DNA of 64,000 bases. Source: a virus. The position numbers were made by a program, and so were the translations under genes. The number at the start of each line of letters is the position of its first letter. Positions within the stretch are counted from its first letter, which is position 1. The DNA lies in IMG/VR virus record IMGVR_UViG_3300025418_000694, positions 31,818 through 95,817 of that record, one strand, 5' to 3'. This document shows, one piece after another, positions 15,190 through 25,735 of this stretch. The notes below the pieces were generated by a model. The model was not told the origin of the DNA and searched no databases. It worked only from the letters and a program-made list of their open reading frames with translations.

Positions 15190-15597
15190 ATTCAGACTTT
15201 CTTGCCCGCTCCTGATTTCAAGGAGTGCGCCCGTATTCTTGATTACCGCAGGTTAGGTAAGCAGAGAGTTGAGGCATATCAAATACTAAATACCCTACGT
15301 GGGGAGAGTCTTGGCTGGCGCAATCATCCTGCCGTAAAGATGTGGGCTGGTTACGAGCCAGCACTTAAACAATACGGGAGAGAGATGTGCCTAGAGTGGA
15401 GAGCGCGTGGGTACAAGGACAATATGCTCGAAAGGTTTGTGTTGGACGCGCCCGTCGTGTTGCCAACATGGTTAGGGGATAGTAGGCTTCATATATCCCA
15501 CCAATCAAATCTAATAAGGAAAGACCCCGAATACTACAAAGACAAGTTTCCAAATGTACCCGCAGACCTGCCGTACTTTTGGATTACGAAAGGATAA
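15190..15597 (+). CDS. pyrimidine-dimer DNA glycosylase / MSMEG_6728-family protein (probable ATT start)
   Basis: QTFLP...LDYRRLGKQRVEAYQIL...WRNHPAVKMW...SHQSNLIRKDP. Confidence 0.85.
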   Translation: MQTFLPAPDFKECARILDYRRLGKQRVEAYQILNTLRGESLGWRNHPAVKMWAGYEPALKQYGREMCLEWRARGYKDNMLERFVLDAPVVLPTWLGDSRLHISHQSNLIRKDPEYYKDKFPNVPADLPYFWITKG

Positions 15598-15600
15598 TAA

Positions 15601-15876
15601 ATGGCTAAACCAATGGAAACAATGAAAGCAACTCTAATCAAGAATACGAGTAAAGGTGGAGCATGGCTTCTCAATTACCAGTTTATTCTTGATGGAACTG
15701 TGCGCCACGATACTACGCAGGCTTGGGCTAACCCTTCCGCAGCAAAGCGCGCTCTAAAAGAAATCGTATTGAGAGAAACACCTCGCAAGTCGATTAAAAT
15801 GATTGCTAACAGGCAAGATGAGAACGACAAGCCAATCTCCTTTATTGGAGAGATTAACTATCGACCACTAAATTAG
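15601..15876 (+). CDS. hypothetical protein
   Basis: AAAGGA RBS. Confidence 0.6.
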   Translation: MAKPMETMKATLIKNTSKGGAWLLNYQFILDGTVRHDTTQAWANPSAAKRALKEIVLRETPRKSIKMIANRQDENDKPISFIGEINYRPLN

Positions 15877-16312
15877 GGAGAGAGAGAAAGAGAGAAATGG
15901 TTGATGACGACCCTTTTGATGAAGATATAGATATTGAAGAAGATTGGATTGAGGAAGATGACGAAGAAGAAGTCGAGTGGGAAGATGAAGAAGATTTCGG
16001 AGAGTATATTGGAGAGTAATCCCAATTACGTTACAGTAGAGGAGTTTACTCAAAGATACGCCAATGCTCTTGGCGGTTATCTAGCAGGGTCTTTTCCTAA
16101 TGGAGAGACTCACGTAGTAGATTTAATGGTAAGCGCTTCCTGTTTTGCTGAAGCGTCGTTCTATTTGTTTGATAACTTCTTTTAGTAGAAACCACAGAAG
16201 GGCGTTAAAGCGCTTTCCTGCCTTTCCACGCTAAGGGCGGTCATGACCTTGTAATTGTTTTTTATCATATTTTGGGCAATTACAGGCGAGCCGTACCTGC
16301 GCCTTATGTGAG

Positions 16313-16343
16313 AAACCCCCCGATTCGTTCACGGGGGGTTTTA
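16313..16343. terminator. bidirectional terminator at the convergent junction
   Basis: AAACCCCCC-N11-GGGGGGTTT between the plus island and nrdJ. Confidence 0.7.
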
Positions 16344-16347
16344 CTAT

Positions 16348-18384
16348 TTACTGATTGTCTTTAATCAGTTTAACTTCACACGCGTCTGTCGTACAGTAAG
16401 CCTCTCCAACTGCGTCATAAGCCATGCCAGCGTACACGCCAGCAAAGTCTATTGGAAAGAGAGTCATACGATAATTCTCATAATCATCTTCAGTAATTTG
16501 AGTGTAAGGCATTTGGTTATAGACCATGTTTCCTGAAGGTAAGAAAGAGATAGTCTTTAATTGACCGTCATACAAATGTAGAACAGTTCCAACATCTTTA
16601 GATTCCGACTCTGGATTAAAAGAGACAGTTACAGAGACAGAATTGTCACTCCAATAACGTTGAGCTGTGGCAGCTAGAGCTACCTTTTCATAGATAGAGA
16701 CATCTTTCTCAGAGCGTTTAGCATTAGATTTGACTGGAAAGTAGACTACAGAGGTAGTATCAGGAGATTCCATAGCAGGTTCTACTTTATATTGAGCCAT
16801 CTTAAAGAGAGGAAGCATTGGATCATTGTTTCCAAAGCGGATGGCACGTAGGAAGTATTCTCCACCAACAGACCAATGAACTCCTGGACTCTCACCTGCC
16901 AAGATAGAGACAGTTCCCGAAGGCTTTACAGTTGTAGTCTTAATTGACTCACGGATACCAAGCCACTCTGAATAGCCCTTGTCATAACTTTGGATAGTGC
17001 CGTAGCCCTCATCCATCCATTGACGCAAGGCTGGTAGCCCTTTGTTATCTGCGAAGTTAGCCACACCTGACATGGAAGTTCCAATACGGCGATTGCGTTG
17101 CATGATTGCGTTAGTCTCTTCCCAGTGAGTAGGCAGGAGAGTGACTGTCTTGGCATAGAGATAGGCAAACTTAAGAGTTCGCTTAAAGTCATCTAAAGAG
17201 TCATGGCGGTTGAGATAAGTCTCAACGAGCGTACAACACTCATAGGATTCAAGAGACTGTTCGGCACATGGGTTATATCCAGAAGCGCGCCAGTCTTTAT
17301 TGTTGATTGGGTCAGCCAAGCGACCATACTTACGAGTGACATCCATCCAGATAACCCCAGGCTCACCATTGAGGGCAATGCCATCAATAATAGAATCCAA
17401 GTTATCGCCAACATTTACCTCTACGGAGTTGTTAGACATCCAAGCCCAGCCAGGCTTATCAGCATCGTAGGAGTTTCTTTTTGGGAATACTTTAGGGTTC
17501 TTTAGATTTAAGAAGGTTTGATCATCCAGTCTACCCATTAGAAGCTCAGCTGAGCGGCGGACGTTACCAGAGACCACGCATACTCCGATTAGGTTACCCA
17601 AATCAGCAATGTCTACTCTAGAAAGCTTCTCTCCAGCCTTATTCTTGAATATAGAACGGATGTGCTTGTGTAATCTTTCAAGAGGCTCTGGGCCTGCAGC
17701 TGTGCCGCCAAATGTTTTGATTGGAACGCCTGCTGGACGTACTAAACTGTAATCAAACTTATACTTAGGCTGGTCTGGCTTTAGATACGAGTTGATTAGC
17801 AAAGCAACAGACTCAACCCATCCCTCACGGGTATCAGCTACCTGGTATACCGCCTCCTCATCAGTTGGCTGGTAAATAGTAAAGTCTTTATCAGCACCCT
17901 TGTCATCAAAGCCAACACCCACACCTAGCATTGAGGCTTCCATTAGGAAGGCAAATGGCTTGGCTGGATCGTTCTTTGTCATAGACGCAGTTGATACAAA
18001 AGAACAGTTTTGGAGAGCTGCTGAATTGCGCTGCTCATTTACAAGGGGAGTTCCCATTACCCATAGACCGCGTCCTGGTGGAGTCCACTTTAGAGTAAAC
18101 AAGCGGTCAAAGGCTTCTTTAGCAGAAGCTTGAGCTTTAGAATCATTCCAAGGAAGACGGTTGGTTTTGCAATGGTCTTTCTGTAGAGAATACATACCGT
18201 TGATGACTCTCTCACAGACATCTACCCAAGTCTCTTTTGTGCCGTCCTCTTTAAGTCTAGAGTAGGTTCTAAGGAAGGTAATCTCACCGACTGAGTTTCC
18301 AGCGGCATCTTGATAGCCCCAAGGGACTTTCTTAGACCGATAACCTGAGACGAATTCCTCTGCTAGACGAAAGGACAATGCCAT
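16348..18384 (-). CDS. nrdJ: class II (adenosylcobalamin) ribonucleotide reductase, monomeric RTPR type
   Basis: PPGRGLW, LQNC, GNVRRSA, NPCAEQ, TTVKPSGT, C-terminal YCTTDAC. Confidence 0.92.
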   Translation of the reverse strand: MALSFRLAEEFVSGYRSKKVPWGYQDAAGNSVGEITFLRTYSRLKEDGTKETWVDVCERVINGMYSLQKDHCKTNRLPWNDSKAQASAKEAFDRLFTLKWTPPGRGLWVMGTPLVNEQRNSAALQNCSFVSTASMTKNDPAKPFAFLMEASMLGVGVGFDDKGADKDFTIYQPTDEEAVYQVADTREGWVESVALLINSYLKPDQPKYKFDYSLVRPAGVPIKTFGGTAAGPEPLERLHKHIRSIFKNKAGEKLSRVDIADLGNLIGVCVVSGNVRRSAELLMGRLDDQTFLNLKNPKVFPKRNSYDADKPGWAWMSNNSVEVNVGDNLDSIIDGIALNGEPGVIWMDVTRKYGRLADPINNKDWRASGYNPCAEQSLESYECCTLVETYLNRHDSLDDFKRTLKFAYLYAKTVTLLPTHWEETNAIMQRNRRIGTSMSGVANFADNKGLPALRQWMDEGYGTIQSYDKGYSEWLGIRESIKTTTVKPSGTVSILAGESPGVHWSVGGEYFLRAIRFGNNDPMLPLFKMAQYKVEPAMESPDTTSVVYFPVKSNAKRSEKDVSIYEKVALAATAQRYWSDNSVSVTVSFNPESESKDVGTVLHLYDGQLKTISFLPSGNMVYNQMPYTQITEDDYENYRMTLFPIDFAGVYAGMAYDAVGEAYCTTDACEVKLIKDNQ

Positions 18385-18490
18385 CGAAACACCCCGTATT
18401 CTGTAGTAAGTTTTATAGTTTAAGTGGAAAATTTCTGTAGTTCAGCGGGAAGGTACTTTCCAACTCTGGTAGTACCAAGTTATATGATAA

Positions 18491-19945
18491 CTAGCCGTCC
18501 GTCAGACCTTTGATTACTTCGTCAGTTTCGGCCTGATTGAGACCCTGATTAGGTAATTCTTTAAGGACATTTGCCCTATCTCCGAAGATAGAACTGAGCA
18601 CTCCTGCCCCGCCTTGGCGCTCTACTGTCATGCGGATAAACTCTCTTGAGTCATCTAATTCTTTAGTCGTTTTAATCAATTTGAATAGGCGGTCAATCTC
18701 TTTAGAAACATTGGGATCGGCGTATCCACCGTTCATTTCTTCAGAAAAACGCATAAAAGCAACCCTTTGCCCCTGCATTTCAATGATTGCATTGATGAGT
18801 GATTTGAGTTGTTCTTTGGTCTTTACCTCTACTGGAAGCTTGAAAGCACATACTGATTGAGGCTTAAAAGCAGGGCAGTTAGAGGCTACAAAGCAGGTAT
18901 CACATACACGTAAACTCGATTGTTGTGAGTGTACGGTGGACACTTCTTTAATAGTTCCATCTGGGTCAATTACCTGTTCTGAAGCGTATCCAAAGACGGG
19001 TAAATTGCCCATTTCTTCTGGATTACGTGGCAAAAGTTTTCCTACTTCTAAGGGCTTCTTATCAATAGTTGAGGGGGTAGTTTCTCCATTTTCTGGAGTC
19101 GCTGGTATGTCCTTATTATCATATAACTTCTCTGGTTCTTCTGGTGACATACCGTTTAACCTCGCTTCAAATTGAAGGTAAGACCATACCGCTAAACGGC
19201 AGACTTCCTTATCGTCGTCTTCTAAAATCTTCTCTACGTCCAACCCAGCCTTGTTATAGGCGTTCCTATACCTAGGGCGAGCTTGGTCTTTCATACGGGC
19301 TGGGTAGCGGTTTAACTTAGTTCCGTCCCAGACAATGGTCTCTCCATTACGCATAGGGCTGAGCCATGACATAGTGCTGGCAGTCTCACAGGTGATCTGG
19401 CGCAGTATCTCGGGCTTGGCTGAGCCTAGCACATGAAACCTTGTACCTTGAGTACGAACAAGTGTTCTGGTCACTGTTAACAGCTGTGAGCTGTTCTCTA
19501 GGGATTCTCCAGGAATTGCTATGTCTAAGTACCTATCTCCGAGTAGATTAAGCTCAGCAAATCCAGAATCGAAGTGCCAAGTAGGCAGGAACTTACCTGG
19601 TGGCACCTGAGCCCACACAGTGCGGCGCTGTTCCTCTACAAAGTCGGGGTTATCTACAGTTATCTCGCTGAACATATTGATACGGTCAATGTTGTTAGCA
19701 ATAAAATCCTCATACTCAGCTGCAAAGATCTCTAGCTCAAGCTGGTCTAACTCCGTATCCTTGGGTACTCCTGGGTATACATAAATGTAGAAATGGTCTT
19801 TGAAGTAATTCTTCAATAGATATGTTTTTTGAGGCAGCCCCCGCTTCTGAAGGCCCCAGAAGCTAACGCCAACGTGGGTAGCTGAGGTACTTTCTAGTAA
19901 AGTGCGGTTGCTAGGAATCTCTGCTCCTAAGTAAACGAACTTCAT
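18491..19945 (-). CDS. TGT/DpdA-like TIM-barrel protein (degenerate) with C-terminal Cys4 domain
   Basis: EYEDFI, FLPTWH, YLDIAIPG, FHVLG, STMSW pattern; CDTC-x5-C-x8-C. Confidence 0.5.
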   Translation of the reverse strand: MKFVYLGAEIPSNRTLLESTSATHVGVSFWGLQKRGLPQKTYLLKNYFKDHFYIYVYPGVPKDTELDQLELEIFAAEYEDFIANNIDRINMFSEITVDNPDFVEEQRRTVWAQVPPGKFLPTWHFDSGFAELNLLGDRYLDIAIPGESLENSSQLLTVTRTLVRTQGTRFHVLGSAKPEILRQITCETASTMSWLSPMRNGETIVWDGTKLNRYPARMKDQARPRYRNAYNKAGLDVEKILEDDDKEVCRLAVWSYLQFEARLNGMSPEEPEKLYDNKDIPATPENGETTPSTIDKKPLEVGKLLPRNPEEMGNLPVFGYASEQVIDPDGTIKEVSTVHSQQSSLRVCDTCFVASNCPAFKPQSVCAFKLPVEVKTKEQLKSLINAIIEMQGQRVAFMRFSEEMNGGYADPNVSKEIDRLFKLIKTTKELDDSREFIRMTVERQGGAGVLSSIFGDRANVLKELPNQGLNQAETDEVIKGLTDG

Positions 19946-20403
19946 TGGACTCTAGTGTCTTCTAGGAAAGCTTCCTGTTGTTTAACAATCTCGCCTTTAA
20001 TTTTGTCCCAAGACTTAACGCCCTGACGGCCATCTGGACGGAACTTCTCTGTTAAATAGACTGGGTGTAGAAACATTAAAGTGGTGACCCCAATCTCTAG
20101 AAGTCGTGCTGCTAACTCAGGGTCCGATGTTATTACAAGATCGACCTGCCCTTGACCGCGGCAGTATTCCACTTGGCGTAACTCTAAGAAGTCAGCACCT
20201 ATGGCTACATCTGGCCCAACAATGTCATCAATAAAATTGGCTTTGTTCTCTCTTAACCAACGGTCTCCTAGCGCTTTATTAGGGCATAGAAGAAGCACAC
20301 GGCCTTTGTCTTTTAAGGTACGGAACAAGGACATGCCTTGAGGGATTGGGGCGTTAGTTACTGTGTTACGCAATACGCCGTCGATAAAAATAAGTGTTGC
20401 CAC
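19942..20403 (-). CDS. HAD-fold protein (first Asp missing)
   Basis: LIFIDGVL...PIPQG...DLVITSDP. Confidence 0.55.
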   Translation of the reverse strand: MATLIFIDGVLRNTVTNAPIPQGMSLFRTLKDKGRVLLLCPNKALGDRWLRENKANFIDDIVGPDVAIGADFLELRQVEYCRGQGQVDLVITSDPELAARLLEIGVTTLMFLHPVYLTEKFRPDGRQGVKSWDKIKGEIVKQQEAFLEDTRVQ

Positions 20404-20446
20404 GAGTTGTACCCTACTACTAATTACAGATTGTTGTTAAATTGTT

Positions 20447-21376
20447 TTATCTTCCACCGATTGCTCGGCGGATTAAGGTATCAACATTAGGCAGTTCCAT
20501 GCCGTATGTTTGCTCCTCAAATACTTTCTTTCCTTTTGCGGATATATCCTTAAGCTTCTTAAGTGCTTGAATCGTACCCGTTTCTTTACCTGCTTGCCAG
20601 CGATAGTTAGCTGGATCCATATATCCTAGCCCAGATTCACTGAAAGCATATCTGCGACCTTTGTGGATATCTTCAAAAAGGGCTACTCCCTGATCTATAG
20701 CTAACTTCAATGCGGCTTCAGCATTACGGCGAGCTGTATCTGTAGGGGCGCTTCCTATAGATGTTAAGGCTGCTGAGTACCGTGAAAGGATATCACTTGT
20801 TAATGATGTATCTTTCTGCACTTTCTGCTCTAGCATCTTATTTTTAGGAGCTGCTTTAGTTTCTGGCTGAACAGTCCAATCGTCATTAGTAAGTGAATAA
20901 GCGGCATAGGGCTTAATCTGTCTAATATCAGACTTTACATTTACATAGAAGGTAAGTTCAAATGCGCCCAAGAAATTAGAAGTTAATGGATGCAGGTCAT
21001 TTCTGAAGTCTTCATTGAACATAGCTGCAATTTGCTTATCGCTCAAAGCTTTGTACTCTGGATTAGATTGGCGGAACATTAGGTAATTTATACCAATTAA
21101 ACAGTCTAAATCTGCTGGTGTTCTTGAAGCTGTCCATTGATAGCTTACTCCAGAGCCAGCTAACCAAACAGTTGTGTAAGCCTCTGGGTTGTAATAGTGC
21201 ATGCTTAGATGCTCAAATAGGACTCTAATAATGGCAGAGCGTACAGAGGGAACAATCTTCCCATCTCTGAATAAACGTGGATCTAGACCTGCGCCTGGAG
21301 CGCTGAAATATGAGGTCTCAGATGGCTGTAACGAAACAGGCTCTGCTTGTTGCGCTAATGTCTCGTACAAATCCAT
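20447..21376 (-). CDS. Pol-beta superfamily nucleotidyltransferase
   Basis: WLAGSGVSYQW...ADLDCLI...FELTFYV. Confidence 0.75.
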   Translation of the reverse strand: MDLYETLAQQAEPVSLQPSETSYFSAPGAGLDPRLFRDGKIVPSVRSAIIRVLFEHLSMHYYNPEAYTTVWLAGSGVSYQWTASRTPADLDCLIGINYLMFRQSNPEYKALSDKQIAAMFNEDFRNDLHPLTSNFLGAFELTFYVNVKSDIRQIKPYAAYSLTNDDWTVQPETKAAPKNKMLEQKVQKDTSLTSDILSRYSAALTSIGSAPTDTARRNAEAALKLAIDQGVALFEDIHKGRRYAFSESGLGYMDPANYRWQAGKETGTIQALKKLKDISAKGKKVFEEQTYGMELPNVDTLIRRAIGGR

Positions 21377-21383
21377 TTAGATA

Positions 21384-21593
21384 TTATAGTTCGTTTTTAC
21401 GTTGTTCTTTGTGGGTAATGTCGTAGCGCTTGGTTTTTTCTTCAACCTCTTCTTTAACTTTAGACACAAAACCGCAATCTTGGTGGGCATTGACAAATCG
21501 CTGACCCCAGACTAGGCCTATGGTTTCGTTTTCTAGCGAGTCTACTTGAAGCGTAGCTCCACAGTTACAAGACATTTCTACGAACATAGCCAA
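21384..21593 (-). CDS. small Cys/His protein
   Basis: CNCG...HQDC; AAAGGTGG RBS. Confidence 0.55.
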   Translation of the reverse strand: MAMFVEMSCNCGATLQVDSLENETIGLVWGQRFVNAHQDCGFVSKVKEEVEEKTKRYDITHKEQRKNEL

Positions 21594-21658
21594 CCACCTT
21601 TATCTATTAGTGTAAATACAGTATACCTGTTTTATACATCAGTAAAAAGGGTTAAAGG

Positions 21659-22204
21659 TTACTTGTACAAACCCTTTTCTTTGTAGGCTTTTTGTTGAAC
21701 CATCATCTTGTAAGGGCAGAAATCACAAAGAAATACTTTAATTGTAGACTTTCCTAAACCTTCTGCTTTACGCTCTTTATCGGTACCAGCGTTTAGTAGT
21801 TTTTTATCGGTTTTGTAATCAGAACAGTCTGTAGTTTTATTGTGCGCTTGCCAACATGCCATGGCGTCTTGGCTGTATGTATCTTTAGTCTCGTAAAAGT
21901 TAGTTCCAAATGCGTCTAAACCAGCAGTTAAAGGACTTCCTTTACCTGTGAATTGCTCTTTAATTTGGGAAATGATTGAGGCTTTTATCTTTGGAGTCAT
22001 CCAATAGACAAAATTAACATCAGTAAGCATGCCCATGTGACCGCCACGCTCATGTGGGGAAACGGCTGCTTCTAAAAAGGGATTTTCTGATTGATCGTAT
22101 TTGCCATCACCTAGATACTTACCATTCTTAGCGTAAGGTAGCTCTTCAATGGTTTTACAGGTCTTGCATACGAGTAGGTTGACGCGCTCTTCATCTAGTT
22201 CCAT
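21659..22204 (-). CDS. Cys-rich hypothetical protein (leaderless)
   Basis: CKTC, CWQAH...C, LCDFCP. Confidence 0.65.
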   Translation of the reverse strand: MELDEERVNLLVCKTCKTIEELPYAKNGKYLGDGKYDQSENPFLEAAVSPHERGGHMGMLTDVNFVYWMTPKIKASIISQIKEQFTGKGSPLTAGLDAFGTNFYETKDTYSQDAMACWQAHNKTTDCSDYKTDKKLLNAGTDKERKAEGLGKSTIKVFLCDFCPYKMMVQQKAYKEKGLYK

Positions 22205-22250
22205 GTGGTGATCCTATCATATGTTCCGATTAGCGCCTAAAGGCGCAGTA

Positions 22251-24686
22251 TTACTTCTTTCTAGCGGCTAATTTGGCTCTTGCTGCAGCCATAGCTTTTT
22301 CTTTAGCATACTTATTTGTAGCAGTATTGGCTGCTTGAACTTTTAACTTCTCTTTATGCTCTGCTTCTTCTGTGGTTACAGCTACTGCCCGAGCAACAGG
22401 CTCTTCACTCTTAATTTTTTGAGGGGCAGTTTCTTGTTGAACTGCTTGAATCTGACGTGTAGGTTCAATAGGTTTAGAGACAGGGGTAGTGCCGCCAAAA
22501 CGATCTATTACAGAAGGCCTAGTTCCTGTTGAAGGACGACCCATTAGTATTTATCATACTCGTTAGGTACGTGACGTACGTGGCCTTCTCCAGGAAGAAA
22601 ACTTTCTTGTTTACCTGTTAGGTCGTGGGAAACAGAATAATGTGGCATCCCATGTGAATCTTTTACGTTATTGCGTTCCCAACCAGAAGCTTTACCAAGT
22701 GCGCCCATCATTTTTTCATGTGAGCCTACAGAACGACGAGTATCTCTTGCACGGTCTTTAGCCATTAGTTACCCCAATTTTTTGAACGCATATTAGGCGT
22801 TGTTACAGATTTAAGATGGGAAGCTGCGGAATTAAATTTTTCAGTTGAATCTTCTCCAGGCAGTCTTTCTATACGCGTCATAGCTTTTAGCACATTGCTA
22901 TGTGCTTTTGCATATTTTTGCTGTTTAGCCATCTTTCCCATAATTAGTTACCTGCTGGGTTTACTTTGTTGGTCTCTTCTGAGTTTACAAAACCGTAGTT
23001 AAAATATGGATGTAGCCCTGAACGGTTTTTGACTACTAATTCATCGCCCATAGCAGGTGCGACCTCTGTGTTTGGACGGCGCTTACGATACTTGCCGTCA
23101 GTAGCACCCTCAGATAGGGATGCGTTCTCGGAACGTAGTTTACGTACGGTCATGCCATGCGGCCTTTCACTAATGAGCTCTGCTTCCGTCTATTGCAAGA
23201 TGGGCATAGCTCTTGGTTCATCAACGATTGTACAGGGTCAATACGCATGCCACAGGCTTTGCAGGGTCTATCGCCTACGTAATTGGTCTTGCTTAAATCT
23301 TTTTGGGTCTGAAGGCTAACATCTTCTGCCCCAGCCATGCCATCGCCAGTTGAATCCGTAAATAGTCCTGGGTCATTGCTCATTAGTAATCGCCTATTTC
23401 TGCATCAGCAGCTTGTGTATGTGCATGGTCTGCTGCTAAATCTCTACTATAAACACCGTGTGGGTCGTAATCATTGTTAGATTCGGTTTCTTTTTTCATA
23501 TTAGCTTTTGCCCCTGTAATTTTTTTATACCCATGAGCTTCTGCTATAAAATCTGCAATATTGCGTCCCATTAGATTGTTCCTCCTAGTGAGTTAGTGCT
23601 TGTGGATTCTTGAGTATTAGGGGTCTGGCTGAAGTCAGATTCTACACGCTGAGTTGTGGCAACTTTACGAGGCATTTGTGCAATATCTTCAATAGTAATT
23701 TCATCTTCAGTATAGCCAAAGCGAGGGGGGAATAATTTAATTTGTGGCATTGGGGGGCGTACGTATGTTTGCAATTCGTCACGTCCCATTGTCCATGAGG
23801 CTAATGATTGACTCAATAGACGCTCTTGATTGGATTGGAACGGCCCGACGTATTCTTGCGGAGGATATGCAGCCTCGGGTGGTGCTACCCACGGTCTACG
23901 TCCGTAGACTCCATCAGCAAATTTTGTCATTGGTTTCCCATATTTTTAATGTCGCTAAAAATGCCGACCATTGATCCAGCCTTACCTTTACCTGAAAGAC
24001 GATTTGCTCCAGGTAGGGTTACATGCTCTCCATCATGGTGCATAACATTTGTTTCTTTAGAGGCGCTTACTGTTGCATCTGGGCGAGTAAATTTAAGTAC
24101 ATCAGTCTTTTTAATTATTTGACTAGGCATTTGTGGCTTATCTATATTCATGCTATCTCCATGCTGGGCGCATACGCGCTACTTGGTCAACACGACGCTT
24201 GTCTAATGCCATAGGCGATGTGCTTCTGATATTAGCTTTACCATCATTTGGTAAGTGAGGTGCTGGAGCTGCATACGCATCTTCTACTCCACGCTTTACA
24301 CGAATAACATTACCGTCCCTAACGCCTTTCATTTGGCGCCGAATTCCTCGCATAGCATCGAGTCCTTCTGGGTAGTAATAATCTTGTACATCAATGCGTT
24401 CACCTCTGTGAACACCACGTTGGTATGAACGCTGTCCTACACGTACCTTAAGTGCGTTAAGAACATTGTCTGAGGTGTCACGGCCACGGTCATCTCTGCG
24501 TGTACGAATAGTTCCTAGATAACCATCTGGATATTCTGCTTGAGGGGCGCGACCAACACCGATACGAAGGTAATCCAACTCATTGCGAGCAACAGGAACA
24601 CCGCCACCACCATAGACAGTGTTAGTTCCATACATGCCACCTGCGCCCAGATTCTGGACGTTTTGATGCGGGGATGGATTAGCCAT
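22251..24686 (-). other. operon of nine small, low-complexity, mostly basic proteins (22251-22544, 22544-22765, 22765-22941, 22944-23153, 23150-23383, 23383-23571, 23571-23930, 23927-24151, 24153-24686)
   Basis: Near-contiguous overlap-coupled ORFs; 22765..22941 read by hand; leaderless start at 24686. Confidence 0.6.
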
Positions 24687-24709
24687 GTATTAAGAATACG
24701 CCTAATTAA

Positions 24710-25735
24710 CTACAGACTGGACTTAAACTCTTTACCCTCGTAAACAGCCCATTTGTCCATGATATGAATAGGTTGCAAGGTGAAATGACCATCGTCATGT
24801 ACCCAACCAATCATGATTCCCTGTTGCCAATCTTCCCAATGCTTAACAGGGCGCCCGTTATCATTAAGACCAGAACCATAAGATGGAACAGCTCCGTCTA
24901 CACGGCATAGGCATCCAGGACTAGCAGAAACAGACCTGATAGGACCATCACCATTAGCAACGGTTTTATATTGTAGTTCTTGTCTGTGTGCGTGCCCAAA
25001 TACTGTTGATACATGAGGGTTCTTATTTACGTATGCGCTGGCGGTAGAACCATTGCTACGTACAGTAGTTCCGTGAATAGCGCGAAGGTGTGGAGTAATC
25101 CAGTACTCACCAGCAGGATAGGCGCCTACATAATTAACACCTAGTTCTTCTAATCTTAATAGATATTGAACAGACATTACTGGCCACTCATCAGGGGTAG
25201 CGTTAGCGCGCTTAATTCCCTTAGATGCCATGGCATTCATGACTACATACTTTTGCATACGGCAGTCATGATTACCTTCTAATAGGGTGATCTTTGCACT
25301 AGGGCAGGTAGCACGTTGCTTAGCCAATAGTGCATGGCCGTAATCAAGAGCAGGTTGAACTGTGTGTGCAAACATTTCTTCTTGTGCATATTTACCCATG
25401 GTTGGTAGGTCTAGATAATCACCTAGGTGAACAATCTCATCTACGCCATAGCGCTCTTCTAGATAGGCTAACAATTGGAAATGAACATCAATTGCTGCTT
25501 CATCGTGGAAAGGGTCTAAGGTTCCGTCTTCATACTTGCGGTAACCAATTTGAGGATCAGGAACAAATACAAATAGTTTGAATCCATTTTTACTAGCTTG
25601 GCGTTCTTTATATTCTGCTGGCTTAATTACTGTTGGTTTAGCTTGTTGGATTGGAGGCCATGACCAATCTGTAGGACGGCTTTCAATAAGGTCTTCTAGT
25701 GTTTCTAGCAGTGTTTCTTTTACCGACATGTGCAA
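24710..25735 (-). CDS. calcineurin-like metallophosphoesterase
   Basis: PDPQ, LGDYLD, GNHD, HG, GHAH. Confidence 0.88.
   Translation of the reverse strand: MHMSVKETLLETLEDLIESRPTDWSWPPIQQAKPTVIKPAEYKERQASKNGFKLFVFVPDPQIGYRKYEDGTLDPFHDEAAIDVHFQLLAYLEERYGVDEIVHLGDYLDLPTMGKYAQEEMFAHTVQPALDYGHALLAKQRATCPSAKITLLEGNHDCRMQKYVVMNAMASKGIKRANATPDEWPVMSVQYLLRLEELGVNYVGAYPAGEYWITPHLRAIHGTTVRSNGSTASAYVNKNPHVSTVFGHAHRQELQYKTVANGDGPIRSVSASPGCLCRVDGAVPSYGSGLNDNGRPVKHWEDWQQGIMIGWVHDDGHFTLQPIHIMDKWAVYEGKEFKSSL

Noticed and set aside
15934-16185. Single 83-aa CDS as given
   Set aside because: An overlapping acidic frame (MVDDDPFDED..., from ~15897) competes for the 5' half; boundaries cannot be resolved, so no call was made
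18430-18480. NrdR boxes upstream of nrdJ
   Set aside because: Only a loose single match (CCAACTCTGGTAGT); cannot be supported without a matrix
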